A stretch of 63,402 nt of DNA, filler included, from Octopus bimaculoides (Eukaryota): NCBI RefSeq assembly GCF_001194135.2. It is 6 parts of 6 records of this genome, joined end to end, with 100 filler letters (N's around TTAATTAATTAA, not from the genome) between each part and the next. Parts side by side here need not be neighbours in the genome. Positions count along the whole stretch, not along the records: positions 1 to 7,627 come from NC_069002.1; positions 7,728 to 18,506 come from NC_068981.1; 4 more parts are not named here. One strand, 5' to 3'. Below are positions 1 to 11,248 of the stretch, piece after piece (the first letter of the stretch is position 1; the number at the start of each line of letters is the position of its first letter). The position numbers and the translations under genes were made by a program. The notes beneath the pieces were generated by a model. That model had not been told where the DNA came from. It did not search any database and saw nothing but the letters and a program-made list of their open reading frames with translations.

Positions 1-49
1 ACAAACAATATATGAGTATATGCATATATATGTACATGTATGTACATAC

Positions 50-167
50 CTTCATCTACATGTACATATAGATACATAACTGGGTACATGACGTAACAAA
101 AGAACATGGACAAAATGATAAACAAGGTACAACAAACAAGCAAGCCACATAGAAACATCTCCTTCAT
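50..167 (-). CDS. Candidate first coding exon of a type II membrane / signal-anchor protein (gene continues left of the window)
   Basis: Minus-strand ATG at 167 follows an in-frame TAA and reads MKEMFLCGLLVCCTLFIILSMFFCYVMYPVMYLYVHVDE. It ends at a strong donor AAG|GTATGT (50/49, phase 1). A possible acceptor TTTACGCAG|G lies at 411/410. No homology recognised. Confidence 0.4.
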
Positions 168-581
168 CAGCTGCCACCATTAAAACACCGGCGTTTCGAA
201 GAATTAAGGCAGTACGCATCGTTGAAATGGTTCTTCCCACGAACACAAATTAAATTATTTTCGTGGAGGATAGTGGCGGACGAAAAACGAGACAGGAAAA
301 CGAAACGGTGAATGAACAACAGAACGCACGCGCAAGAGTCTATGTGGCCACTGAGTGGAATTTGACGGTATTGTTGGAGATTTATCTGTTCTTTATGGAC
401 TACTACTCTCCTGCGTAAACAAACATCCAGCCTTCTTCTTGAACAAAACATTACACTGAAACACATGCATCCTACTCCTTGAAACAAGTCTTTCCATGGA
501 ATACTATTGAACTTTAAAAGCTTAAAGACACTATGATGTATTGGTATATCTATTTATTTANNNNNNNNNNGCATTCTGCCT

Positions 582-653
<72 letters not shown>

Positions 654-1793
654 GCACATAATAAATACTTACGTACGTGCACATATACATAACTTTACAT
701 AGATTGTAGTAAAGTGTGCGCATATATATTTGTTCTGATACTCCAGGGAGAAATTTTAATCCAAACCACACTTTTAATGAACGAATCATAATTTTATCAA
801 AGGAGGAGAGACAGCCACTTCCTAACCTAAATTAATAGTAGAATTCACTCATACACATTCATATACGTATATAGGCGCATCAATTTTCTTGGCTTGGTTC
901 GAACTCAAGTTTAACGCAGGTTTATCAGTTTCTTTTTCAATTTGCACCTGAAGGTGATTTACAAATGGATCGATCAAAATTAGAGTTTAAAAAATATAAA
1001 ACAATAGGAACGAGGTTAAAAAGGAACTGAAATTTCAGTTCTTAATGGTATTTTTGATATTGTATGTATTAATATCGAAAAGATTTGATAATGTTATTGG
1101 CAGTAAAAGTGAATGCGGGCGCACGCGCATTTGTGAGTGTTTGCGTATGTACGTGTGTGTGTGTGTGTGTGTGTCTGTATGTGCGCGTGTATTTGGAATA
1201 GCCGTCAAGTACAGGGCAGCTGGCGTTACTATGATTGATTGCTTGATAGTTTTTCAGAGAAGCTTTGATATGGATGGCGAACGATTGTTTGATTAAAAAT
1301 GCCGAAAGCAGAAATCATGCTTTTATTCCATAACCCAGCATTCTCTACCCCCTACCCCCACCCCACACCTAAACACACACAAATACTTCCTAATGTGATT
1401 TCCTGGTCCTACTTGAAGATGAATGTAAAGAGAGATCTAGTTGTCTTGCAGCAGGATTTTATAACTGTTGAGTGAAGAATATGGCTTTATTCGAAATGGG
1501 TGTGAGTTGGGGTGGTTGGGTAAAAGGATTGGTGGAAGAAAGAAGCACTTAACTCAAGTGGAAGAGTCGAAAAGACTTTTGCCTCGAAGACATCTGCGAT
1601 ATCATTTTGTTCATTGATTTATTCTCTTTCATCTTTTCCCTTTGTTTCCTCTTTTAATTTCTTGTTAATTTTGTTAATTTAGTTTGTACGTGTCTCTGTG
1701 TTAGTGTTTTTGAGTGTCTGTACGTATATGCGTGTATATAAATAAAGATATTAAGAAAGAGAAAGTGTAAGACACACACACATGTATATATAT

Positions 1794-1844
<51 letters not shown>

Positions 1845-2710
1845 ATCCTTAATGGGAAAAATACGTTCTTACAAACAGAAAAGTAATAACTAGTGGTTTA
1901 TTGACTTATTAAAACATGGCCAGATGTTACGACTCATGTCTCTTCTGTGCAGACTAGTAAACATGTGAAAAGGTGATCGATATTTATTATAAATTTTGAG
2001 GTGATTTGGCTCAGTGACCAATACAATGATAGTGGTAATAATAACAGCAACAATATCAGAAATAGTACTTTTATGCTTATTCTTATTAAGTATCTGTCAC
2101 CAAGAGAAATAACCAATCATATCGCTGCCACCAGATAATACTCCCTTTAAGTGAACTTCAATCATTTGATTCCTGATAACCAAAATATTCCACTTTAGAC
2201 CAAGCTGGTTCACACATATTGGAAGGGCGTGCAAAAAAAAAAAAAATCCTGCTGGGATTACAACCAACTCATATTGATCACGCAAATTCAATTTTAACTT
2301 AATATCAAATCGGTTACACTAAACGTGGTTATTGTTGTTACTAAAATACCGCACTCTACATAAAGATAACTAACTGACACCTACCAGGCACAATGTCCAA
2401 TGTAATGAACTAGTGTTGCTGAATATATCCTGCAGACTACTGACAAATTAACTGTAATATCCTATTTGCTACTCCTGTTAGTCCTAACAATAAATGATGT
2501 TGGTAAGATAAGCAAAAACAACCTTGGAGTCTGAAGTGACCAATAGAGGCTTAACCACATAGAAATCGTTTTGAATCCTTTTTAATTCTCTGCGCAGTTT
2601 GTCTGAACACCTGCCACGAAACTCAGTCAAGCTATTACTAAATACATATAATTCCAATTAAATGTGTTGGGTAATACTTTTTCTCATTTGGTTTGTCTCT
2701 CTCCTCTTAA

Positions 2711-2775
<65 letters not shown>

Positions 2776-3699
2776 NNNNNNNNNNNNNNNNNNNNNNNNN
2801 NNNNNNNNNNNNNNNNNNNNNNNNNNNNNNNNNNNNNNNNNNNNNNNNNNNNNNNNNNNNNNNNNNNNNNNNNNNNNNNNNNNNNNNNNNNNNNNNNNNN
2901 NNNNNNNNNNNNNNNNNNNNNNNNNNNNNNNNNNNNNNNNNNNNNNNNNNNNNNNNNNNNNNNNNNNNNNNNNNNNNNNNNNNNNNNNNNNNNNNNNNNN
3001 NNNNNNNNNNNNNNNNNNNNNNNNNNNNNNNNNNNNNNNNNNNNNNNNNNNNNNNNNNNNNNNNNNNNNNNNNNNNNNNNNNNNNNNNNNNNNNNNNNNN
3101 NNNNNNNNNNNNNNNNNNNNNNNNNNNNNNNTATATATATATATATATATATATCATCAAAATAAGCAACAAAAATATTCAGAGGTAATGCAGTACGATC
3201 TTTTCAGGCAACTCCATTTAATTGAAGAATGCAATAATTACATCAATTTAAAATGCAGTGCAATCCTCAGCTGCACAAAGACATAGAATTTAATTAAATT
3301 AGAACAGATGGACGCATTAGTATAATTATGTATCAAATTTCCAAGAAGTTAAGGAGATAGACAAAGAACATGTCTCCACTTCAGCATAGAAGTTACTAAA
3401 TTATCAAGAAGACTCTTCCTGTCACTGATTTTTTGGTTTTTATGGGGTCAGTTTTAATTTATAGACTAGTTTATCAAATCCTTGTATATCTAAGACTGAG
3501 AGAATAAAGGGCAATATCTGTTAGGGGTAGGGCTGAGGGAGCAGACAAAAATCATAGTTGGTATAGTCATAAAAATCAATATTTATTAGAAGCAATATCA
3601 TGAGGTTTGGTAAAGGAAAACTTAAAACGAGATGTTAGCTGACAATTAAGGGGGTTGCCCACTAGCAAACGTTTGATAAAAAACAAAAAAAACAAAAAA

Positions 3700-4985
3700 A
3701 ACAGGAAATCTTATCATGTAGTACTATAGATGAATATTTTAAACAATGTTGCTACATTGTATACACGTAAAAGAACATGCTAATTATATATTAATAAAAT
3801 TATAATCCAAGCAGTTATTAATAAGTAGTGAATATACTAGTATAGTTTTATATAAGCTAAGTATGAATTTATAGAGATGCAAAGATTAGCCTAATTTTAT
3901 GAATAAATAAAGGCTAATTATAAAATAATTAAGAAATAAAATAATGAAGTAGGGCAGAACACCATAGAAGAGAAATAAAATAGCTTAATTACTACTAGTA
4001 TAGTAAAGTATATGTAGCTTATTAACATCAATAGAGAAGATTTATAGAAAAAAGTATGATTCAAAATATATTAGACTAAAAATTATATAGCAATAAGAAA
4101 ATGGAGGGGAATATGTGGTACTCATTAACTTGCAGACATTGTATTGTGTCAATTTACCTGTTTATTTTTCAACAAGAGGACAATAAAAACAATATACAAA
4201 CACATATGACATATTGTGTCATATCAGTAATTAAAAATTAAAAAGGACATCTAGTGACCGAAGAAGGGACTAAAAATTATATATTTACTTATTTAGCTGA
4301 TATCAATAAAAGACTGATGTCTGGTATCAATTAAAGGAATATATAAGTTATGGAACATTCAAATTTTACACTTAACTTTTTAAATTTTCTTTAAAAACTA
4401 AGGGTTATATTATAGGTTTAAGAAGTTATTATTGTTACTCCCTACATGATATTTATAGTTTCTTAGTGGTACTTGTTTAGAAGGGTTATTTATATAAAGG
4501 CCCTTATAAAATTATAAGATCCGGAGGGTAGAGCCATTTAAGAAAGAGATAAATCAAGTAATCTCTAAAGATAATTTCAAACGATATTGTCTCATTGTAT
4601 AAAGTTAAAATTTAGGGCAATCAAGAAGATTATTAAGAATGATATTATAACAAAAGGATAAAACTTCTTTGAATATTTTGAGTATATACCAAATTGTTAC
4701 CACAATAGAGCGAGGAAAAGAAAATTGCAAAGAAAATAGTTTAATATTTATTTACTTATTACTTATCTCAATATTAACTTATAATATGGTTTCTATAGAG
4801 ATTGATCAATTGGATTTACCTGGTATTTAATAAGGGAGCAAACTGAGGTTAAAGAACATGTTAACTATATACTAATTTGATTAAATTGAACTATTTTAAG
4901 CTGTCGAGATACAGGTATTTCCTTATATAAGCTGAGTATGAATTAATAGGGGTACAAAGGTTAGATTGAATTAATGCTACTATAA

Positions 4986-5059
<74 letters not shown>

Positions 5060-5960
5060 TAATAAAATGATCAGTTAGGGTAGAACATCATAGAAAAGGA
5101 ATAAAGACAGTCTAATCACTAAAAACCATAATAAAATATCCATACCTTATTAACTTCAACAGCAAATATTTATTGAAAATGTATAATTTAAGTATTATGA
5201 GCTAAAAATTGTTAATTAACTTATTTAGCTTATTATAATCAGGACTGATTGTTTAAAAGAATAATTGTTGTTAAAAAAGGACAAGCTAATTATATACTAA
5301 TTTTAAATTAAGAGGTATAATATAGATTTCAAAAGTTATTTGTGTTAATCCATAAATGATATTACAGTTTCTTATGGGTACTTAATTAGAAGGGATGTTT
5401 GTATAAAGCCAATATAAATACCAAAATTAGGAGGATGGAACACTTTAAGAAAAGGATAAAAAAACTTAGTCACTAAAACTATTTTAAACAATATGTCATT
5501 ATTGTATCAAGTTAAAATTTAGGGTTATCAGGAAGAGTTATCATTGACGTGAGAGAACAAATTTACTATAAATTAGTTAAATTATAATCTAAGCAGTTTA
5601 ATTTTAAGTTATGAAGATACCCATATTGTTTCTTATAAGCTAAGTATGAATTTATAGGGGTACAAAAATTTAGGCTTGTCCAAAGTATTAAAATCGTCAG
5701 GTAGGGTAGAAACAGCGTAGAAAAGGATATAAAATAGCTTAATCACTAAAATCCTGATAAAGTATATATACAACTTAGTAACTTCAATAGAGAAAATTTA
5801 TAGAAAATATGTAATAATTCAAGTAATTAAAACTAAAAAAAGTTTATTTACTTAATTAGCATGTATCTATAATGACTGATAGCCAGTATTAACTAAAGGA
5901 AAATTAATGCTGTAGGGCATGCTACCTATGCACTGATTTTAAAACTAAGAGGTACATTAT
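3700..5960. repeat. Ancient diverged tandem array: 2.5-3 copies of a 0.7-1.1 kb unit built from two related ~300-350 nt halves
   Basis: TATAAGCT(A/G)AGTATGAATT recurs near 3850, 4925 and 5635. AGAAGGG...TATAAAG...GTTAAAATTTAGGG recurs near 4480-4620 and 5390-5525. The block GAAC...AGAAAAGGA(A)TAAA...TCACTAAAA is present in both halves. Confidence 0.85.
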
Positions 5961-6866
5961 AGGATTTAAATCAGAAGATCGATAAAGTGCTACTTTCTAA
6001 AATATTTGAAGGTACGGGTGGCACTATGTACACATGATCACGTTCATAATAATTTTTCTATCGTCTTGGCTTAACAGCCCTCACTGTTTGTTTTACTGTC
6101 TTGTTCTCACTGTCCTGTTTTTGTTAACACTTTCACACTCCGCAAAAAATCCCAAATATTATTTAATTTGCTTCGCGGGAAGGACTGTTCCAGCGAAGTC
6201 GCCTATTGTCCTTGCCTTCGAAACGCGGAGTAGATGGAACAGGGACAAATGAAGATGGGTTATACTCTTTACGTTGCATGTCTCGTTTCGCTGATTTTTC
6301 GTTGTTCGAAAAAAGTTCATTTTCTGTTTTCGTCTTTATGTTTTCGTTTCTCATTGTGTTTAACGTTTTTTTTGTGACGTCCTGTACCCATATATGCATG
6401 TATGTATACATATAGATGTAGGTATGCANNNNNNNNNNNNNNNNNNNNNNNNNNNNNNNNNNNNNNNNNNNNNNNNNNNNNNNNNNNNNNNNNNNNNNNN
6501 NNNNNNNNNNNNNNNNNNNNNNNNNNNNNNNNNNNNNNNNNNNNNNNNNNNNNNNNNNNNNNNNNNNNNNNNNNNNNNNNNNNNNNNNNNNNNNNNNNNN
6601 NNNNNNNNNNNNNNNNNNNNNNNNNNNNNNNNNNNNNNNNNNNNNNNNNNNNNNNNNNNNNNNNNNNNNNNNNNNNNNNNNNNNNNNNNNNNNNNNNNNN
6701 NNNNNNNNNNNNNNNNNNNNNNNNNNNNNNNNNNNNNNNNNNNNNNNNNNNNNNNNNNNNNNNNNNNNNNNNNNNNNNNNNNNNNNNNNNNNNNNNNNNN
6801 NNNNNNNNNNNNNNNNNNNNNNNNNNNNNNNNNNNNNNNNNNNNNNNNNNNNNNNNNNNNNNNNNN

Positions 6867-7188
6867 AAGCTTACAAGGACGCTGCCATAATCAAAACCCA
6901 AGTTTACGGGTGCTTTTCACGCTTTACGAATGGTCACTTGTCGCTTGAGGATCAACTTCGTTCAGGGCAACCATCGACCTCCCGAACAAATGAAATCATT
7001 ACGAAAACTCATGAACTGATCGTGGAGGACCGTCACCGAACAATTGATGAACTTGGTGGTATGACTGGTATATCCTGAACCTCCTGCCAACGAATTCGGA
7101 GCGAGGAATTGCGAATGAAAAGAGTTACAGCAAAATTTGGCGTCGCTTGCTCACGGAAGATCAAAATCAGTCACGACTGAATGCGTGT
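6867..7188 (+). mobile_element. Mariner transposase N-terminal (DNA-binding) fragment, inactive
   Basis: Reads AYKDAAIIKTQVYGCFSRFTNGHLSLEDQLRSGQPSTSRTNE...EDRHRTIDEL...S*TSCQRIRSEELRMKRVTAKF..RLLTEDQNQSRL, typical mariner HTH region. One stop and a frameshift; cut off by a SINE. Confidence 0.85.
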
Positions 7189-7330
7189 CTTTCAGTTTCT
7201 GACTACCAAATCTACCCATAAGGCTTTCGTCGGCTATAGTAGAAGACACTTACCCAAGGTGTCACGCAGTGGGACGGAACCCGGAACCATGTGGTTAGGA
7301 AGCAAGATACTTACCACACAGCCACGCCTC
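7189..7330 (-). mobile_element. tRNA-derived SINE family A, 5' half
   Basis: Reverse complement matches the copies at 40951 and 53019 (GTGGCTGTGTGGTAAG...GGTTCCGGGTTC...CACCTTGGGTAAGTGTCTTCTACTATAGCC). Confidence 0.8.
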
Positions 7331-7454
7331 CGCATTTATTCGTTTGCTTGTTTCACTCACTTGTCTGCGGCGATTCTGGAGAACGCTTGGAACGTTTTTA
7401 GTCGAAAAGATAGAAACCAGGACTTATTTCTTAAGCCTAGTACTTATTCTATCG

Positions 7455-7560
7455 AACTTTTTGCCGAACCTCTAGGGAGTTGGAAACACACGAACACCGG
7501 TTGTCAAGTGTTAATGGGGGGGGGGCAAATACAGGCGCAAAGACACACACATAGATACAT
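7455..7560 (-). mobile_element. SINE family A, internal/3' fragment
   Basis: CTTTTGCCGAACC...CACCGGTTGTCAAG matches the reverse complement of 41180-41245 and 53275-53335. Confidence 0.6.
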
Positions 7561-7594
7561 ATATACATACACACAGAGACATACAGACCCCACC

Positions 7595-7627
<33 letters not shown>

Positions 7628-7671
7628 NNNNNNNNNNNNNNNNNNNNNNNNNNNNNNNNNNNNNNNNNNNN

Positions 7672-7683
7672 TTAATTAATTAA
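7672..7683. other. Assembly linker TTAATTAATTAA inside a 100-nt gap (also 18551-18562, 50340-50351, 52693-52704, 60164-60175)
   Basis: Each has 44 N + 12-mer + 44 N, with stops in all six frames; an artefact marking scaffold joins. Confidence 0.95.
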
Positions 7684-7742
7684 NNNNNNNNNNNNNNNNN
7701 NNNNNNNNNNNNNNNNNNNNNNNNNNNATGATGATGATGATA

Positions 7743-7782
<40 letters not shown>

Positions 7783-7809
7783 ATGATAATGATGATGATG
7801 ATGATGATA

Positions 7810-7841
<32 letters not shown>

Positions 7842-8712
7842 AGACTTATCGCAAAAGTGTTTTTGAAATAGAAAAATTTTAAATGCTATACATATCTTCA
7901 GGGGCAATACGTTTTTATGTATGTATGTATGTATATATGCATGTATGTATGTATGTATGTATGTATGTATGTATGCATGTATATTTTTCTTTGGGAGTTT
8001 CGAAAGTGTTCTTTTCTTTTTTTCCCTCTTTGCAGAATTCAACCCAGGTCACTAACAAAGGATTTTTTGTTTAAGTCACCTCTTGGCGTTTCTGATTAAG
8101 AATTGGTTGGTATGTGCATACATGTGCCACATATATATNNNNNNNNNNNNNNNNNNNNNNNNNNNNNNNNNNNNNNNNNNNNNNNNNNNNNNNNNNNNNN
8201 NNNNNNNNNNNNNNNNNNNNNNNNNNNNNNNNNNNNNNNNNNNNNNNNNNNNNNNNNNNNNNNNNNNNNNNNNNNNNNNNNNNNNNNNNNNNNNNNNNNN
8301 NNNNNNNNNNNNNNNNNNNNNNNNNNNNNNNNNNNNNNNNNNNNNNNNNNNNNNNNNNNNNNNNNNNNNNNNNNNNNNNNNNNNNNNNNNNNNNNNNNNN
8401 NNNNNNNNNNNNNNNNNNNNNNNNNNNNNNNNNNNNNNNNNNNNNNNNNNNNNNNNNNNNNNNNNNNNNNNNNNNNNNNNNNNNNNNNNNNNNNNNNNNN
8501 NNNNNNNNNNNNNNNNNNNNNNNNNNNNNNNNNNNNNNNNNNNNNNNNNNNNNNNNNNNNNNNNNNNNNNNNNNNNNNNNNNNNNNNNNNNNNNNNNNNN
8601 NNNNNNNNNNNNNNNNNNNNNNNNNNNNNNNNNNNNNNNNNNNNNNNNNNNNNNNNNNNNNNNNNNNNNNNNNNNNNNNNNNNNNNNNNNNNNNNNNNNN
8701 NNNNNNNNNNNN

Positions 8713-8778
<66 letters not shown>

Positions 8779-8825
8779 CTATATATACGTAATTATATAT
8801 ATATATTTCTACATATACGTAATTA

Positions 8826-8856
<31 letters not shown>

Positions 8857-8940
8857 GTGTGTGCGTATACATACACGTACATATATACTACATCCACCTA
8901 TTCATCCATCCATCCATTCATACACCTATATATATATATA

Positions 8941-9006
8941 TTCTTTTGTTCTTTTATTCTTTTCCTTGTTTTAGTCGTTTGACTGCGCCCGTGCTGGAGC
9001 ACCACC
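8941..9006 (-). mobile_element. SINE family A / CR1-type 3' tail fragment
   Basis: Reverse complement GGTGGTGCTCCAGCACGGGCGCAGTCAAACGACTAAAAACAAGGAAAAGAATAAAAGAA matches the SINE A tail. Confidence 0.6.
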
Positions 9007-9593
9007 CTGGGTGTGTGTGATTCTATGCATGTTTTCGGGCCAGGTTCCTCAAACAAAGAATCCATGGAATGTTTCACAAATTCTCACCGATCCTCTCACC
9101 GATTATTTTTAGAGAATACGAATCAGTCTGCGTTGGTTTTTATTTTATTCCCCGGAGAAACCTACCGTTTCTAGGTTTTATGTAGATCTGTCGTTACGAA
9201 GCGCAGAACACCTATGATAATAGGTATTAATGTCTGTATGAAGATATGCAGGTAAGTTTGTATGTACGTATGTATGTATGCACACGTAGAAATACTCGGG
9301 TAGATGTATGAGGACGCAGTAAGGTCAGAAAGAATGGCCGCACTTAACTTAAGACCGTTGCAGGGGTATTATTGACACTACCCTGTCAGCGATGGGTAAT
9401 AGACAGCCATCATGAATGTATGAATGTATCTTTGTCTGTATAGATAGATAAATTAAATATATTTATCTTAGCATTTCGGCTTTTGGTTTGTGAACGTACC
9501 GTACCGTGTTTGTAAGTATATATATATATATATACAGATATGGAAAAAAAAAAAAAGCCAAGGTAGAAAATGCTAAAATACTTTTATAAAAAA

Positions 9594-9640
9594 CATTTCA
9601 GTACCGGTTTCGATCCTTGAGATCTTTTCAACTGTAAATA
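9594..9640 (-). ncRNA. Minimal type I hammerhead ribozyme, U3-A8 core variant
   Basis: Minus strand: UAUUUACAG-UUGAAAA-GAUC(UCAAG)GAUC-GAA-ACCGGU-A-CUGAAAUG. Stem II is 4 bp, stem III is the palindrome ACCGGU, the triplet is GUA, and stem I is CAG/CUG plus UAUUU/AAAUG around an A bulge. Confidence 0.7.
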
Positions 9641-10067
9641 TGGATAACAAATTTTGGCAAATTTAAATGAAAAGTCTTTTAAAAACATATTTGTATAGTA
9701 TTCAAATACAAGGGACATTTTCCTTGTTTCTGTCTGTGTCAATTTTTCTTGTTAACTATTGTGGGTTCGAGGTCGTTGTGNNNNNNNNNNNNNNNNNNNN
9801 NNNNNNNNNNNNNNNNNNNNNNNNNNNNNNNNNNNNNNNNNNNNNNNNNNNNNNNNNNNNNNNNNNNNNNNNNNNNNNNNNNNNNNNNNNNNNNNNNNNN
9901 NNNNNNNNNNNNNNNNNNNNNNNNNNNNNNNNNNNNNNNNNNNNNNNNNNNNNNNNNNNNNNNNNNNNNNNNNNNNNNNNNNNNNNNNNNNNNNNNNNNN
10001 NNNNNNNNNNNNNNNNNNNNNNNNNNNNNNNNNNNNNNNNNNNNNNNNNNNNNNNNNNNNNNNNNNN

Positions 10068-10905
10068 CAAGAGCTGCTGTTAAGTTCTGATCTTTGTGGA
10101 TCTTAAAATGTCTTTTGATTCCTCCGTTAGATTTGCAGACCTTATGGCGTACGCGGTATTGAAATGGCGGTTCGTTTTTCATGGGTCCACAAATGAGATT
10201 TGAGCCCAGCAAAAAGAAAGGCATGGTCCGTCATAAACTGTGCACTCAGAATTATCACTAAAATTTACCTTCTCGATCGTAACATTCTTTAAATCTCTCT
10301 TGAGTTTTCATGTGTCACCCTGGCCTTCTAAAAAGCTTTCACTCCACTCTACACTTGTTCGCCATCCAGCTCGATCCGAAGCAAAGATTTCTATGGCCCT
10401 TGGATCCATTCCAAGTGACTTCATGGTCGTCGTTATGACACCCTTAAACCTCTTTTTAGGTTTACACCGATTGTGTTTCCCCACTGCAAGCTTGCCATAA
10501 AACAGCTGTTTGCGTTGCGTTCATCCGGCATTCGAACAATGTAGCCAGACCAACTCATTTGGTTTTTCAGAATCATTGATTTAATTGATTTAATCTGTGT
10601 CTGGAATAAAAAAAGCCCCATTTAATATGCGGCGAGGGCATTTTTGGTGGAATCGTTCTAACAGTTTGAAATGTCTTTCATAACACGTCCACATTTCAGA
10701 AGAATACAACAGGAATGGTAAGGCAAACGATCTGTAAAGAGCCAATTTGGTGTTGTTATTTATGTCGTTGGCGCCAAACGCGTGATTACAAACCACCAAA
10801 TACCTGTGCTACCCTTTGAATTCGCAGATGTATTTCTGTGTCCAGATTTCCATCATTTTGTACAGAGCTTCCGAAGTAGATGAAAGAGTCAATAACTTCA
10901 AGTAA
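10068..10905 (-). mobile_element. RTE-clade LINE 3' fragment (post-RT region) with two degenerate C-terminal C2H2-like fingers
   Basis: LEVIDSFIYFGSSVQNDGNLDTEIHLRIQR...TKLALYRSFALPFLLYSSEMWTCYERHFKLLERFHQKCPRRIL...IKSMILKNQMSWSGYIVRMPDER; stops and frameshifts present. Confidence 0.85.
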
Positions 10906-11124
10906 CTTACCCTTAAAGAAAATTTTAGAGGGGTTGCAAACAGCACCAAGTGCAGATTGCTATATTAAAACTGTTTTTTTTTCAAGTTGATGGTCAAGCA
11001 AAAATCATCATAAGCTGAGTAAAATGCAGATACAACTTTTGAGGATGTAGCGGTAGTATTAAATAGAGAGGAGAGAAAAGATGTGTGTGTTAAAATGAGG
11101 AGAATGGTCAAAAGGAATAGGTGA

Positions 11125-11248
11125 GTCGAGTTAATTCGTTCCTGGAGAACGCTCGTAAAGCAAAACTAGTAAACAGAAAATAAAACTCGTAAAAGCTCGT
11201 AGACACGAGGTCTCGCAAAACGGGCCCTCGTAAAATGAGGTATCACTG
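11125..11248. mobile_element. Possible pogo/Tigger-type terminal inverted repeat end
   Basis: Ends ...CTCGTAAAATGAGGTATCACTG|TA (reverse: TA|CAGTGATACCTCATTTTACGAG), resembling Tigger-like termini with repeated TACGAG motifs. No partner end found. Confidence 0.35.

Noticed and set aside
2598-2636. CTGAACA...GAAACTCAGTC hammerhead-like string
   Set aside because: C3/C8 mismatch, no stem II and no stem I.
3200-6000. Nuclear mitochondrial insertion (AT-rich, strand-skewed, TGA-rich hydrophobic frames)
   Set aside because: No recognisable mitochondrial protein, rRNA or tRNA motif, and the internal tandem structure fits a repeat array better. Not formally excluded without BLAST.
6034-6415. Overlapping short ORFs in a CpG-richer patch (possible first exon of the CHSY-like gene)
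   Set aside because: No CHSY N-terminal motifs; hydrophobicity is explained by T-richness and there are no convincing splice signals.
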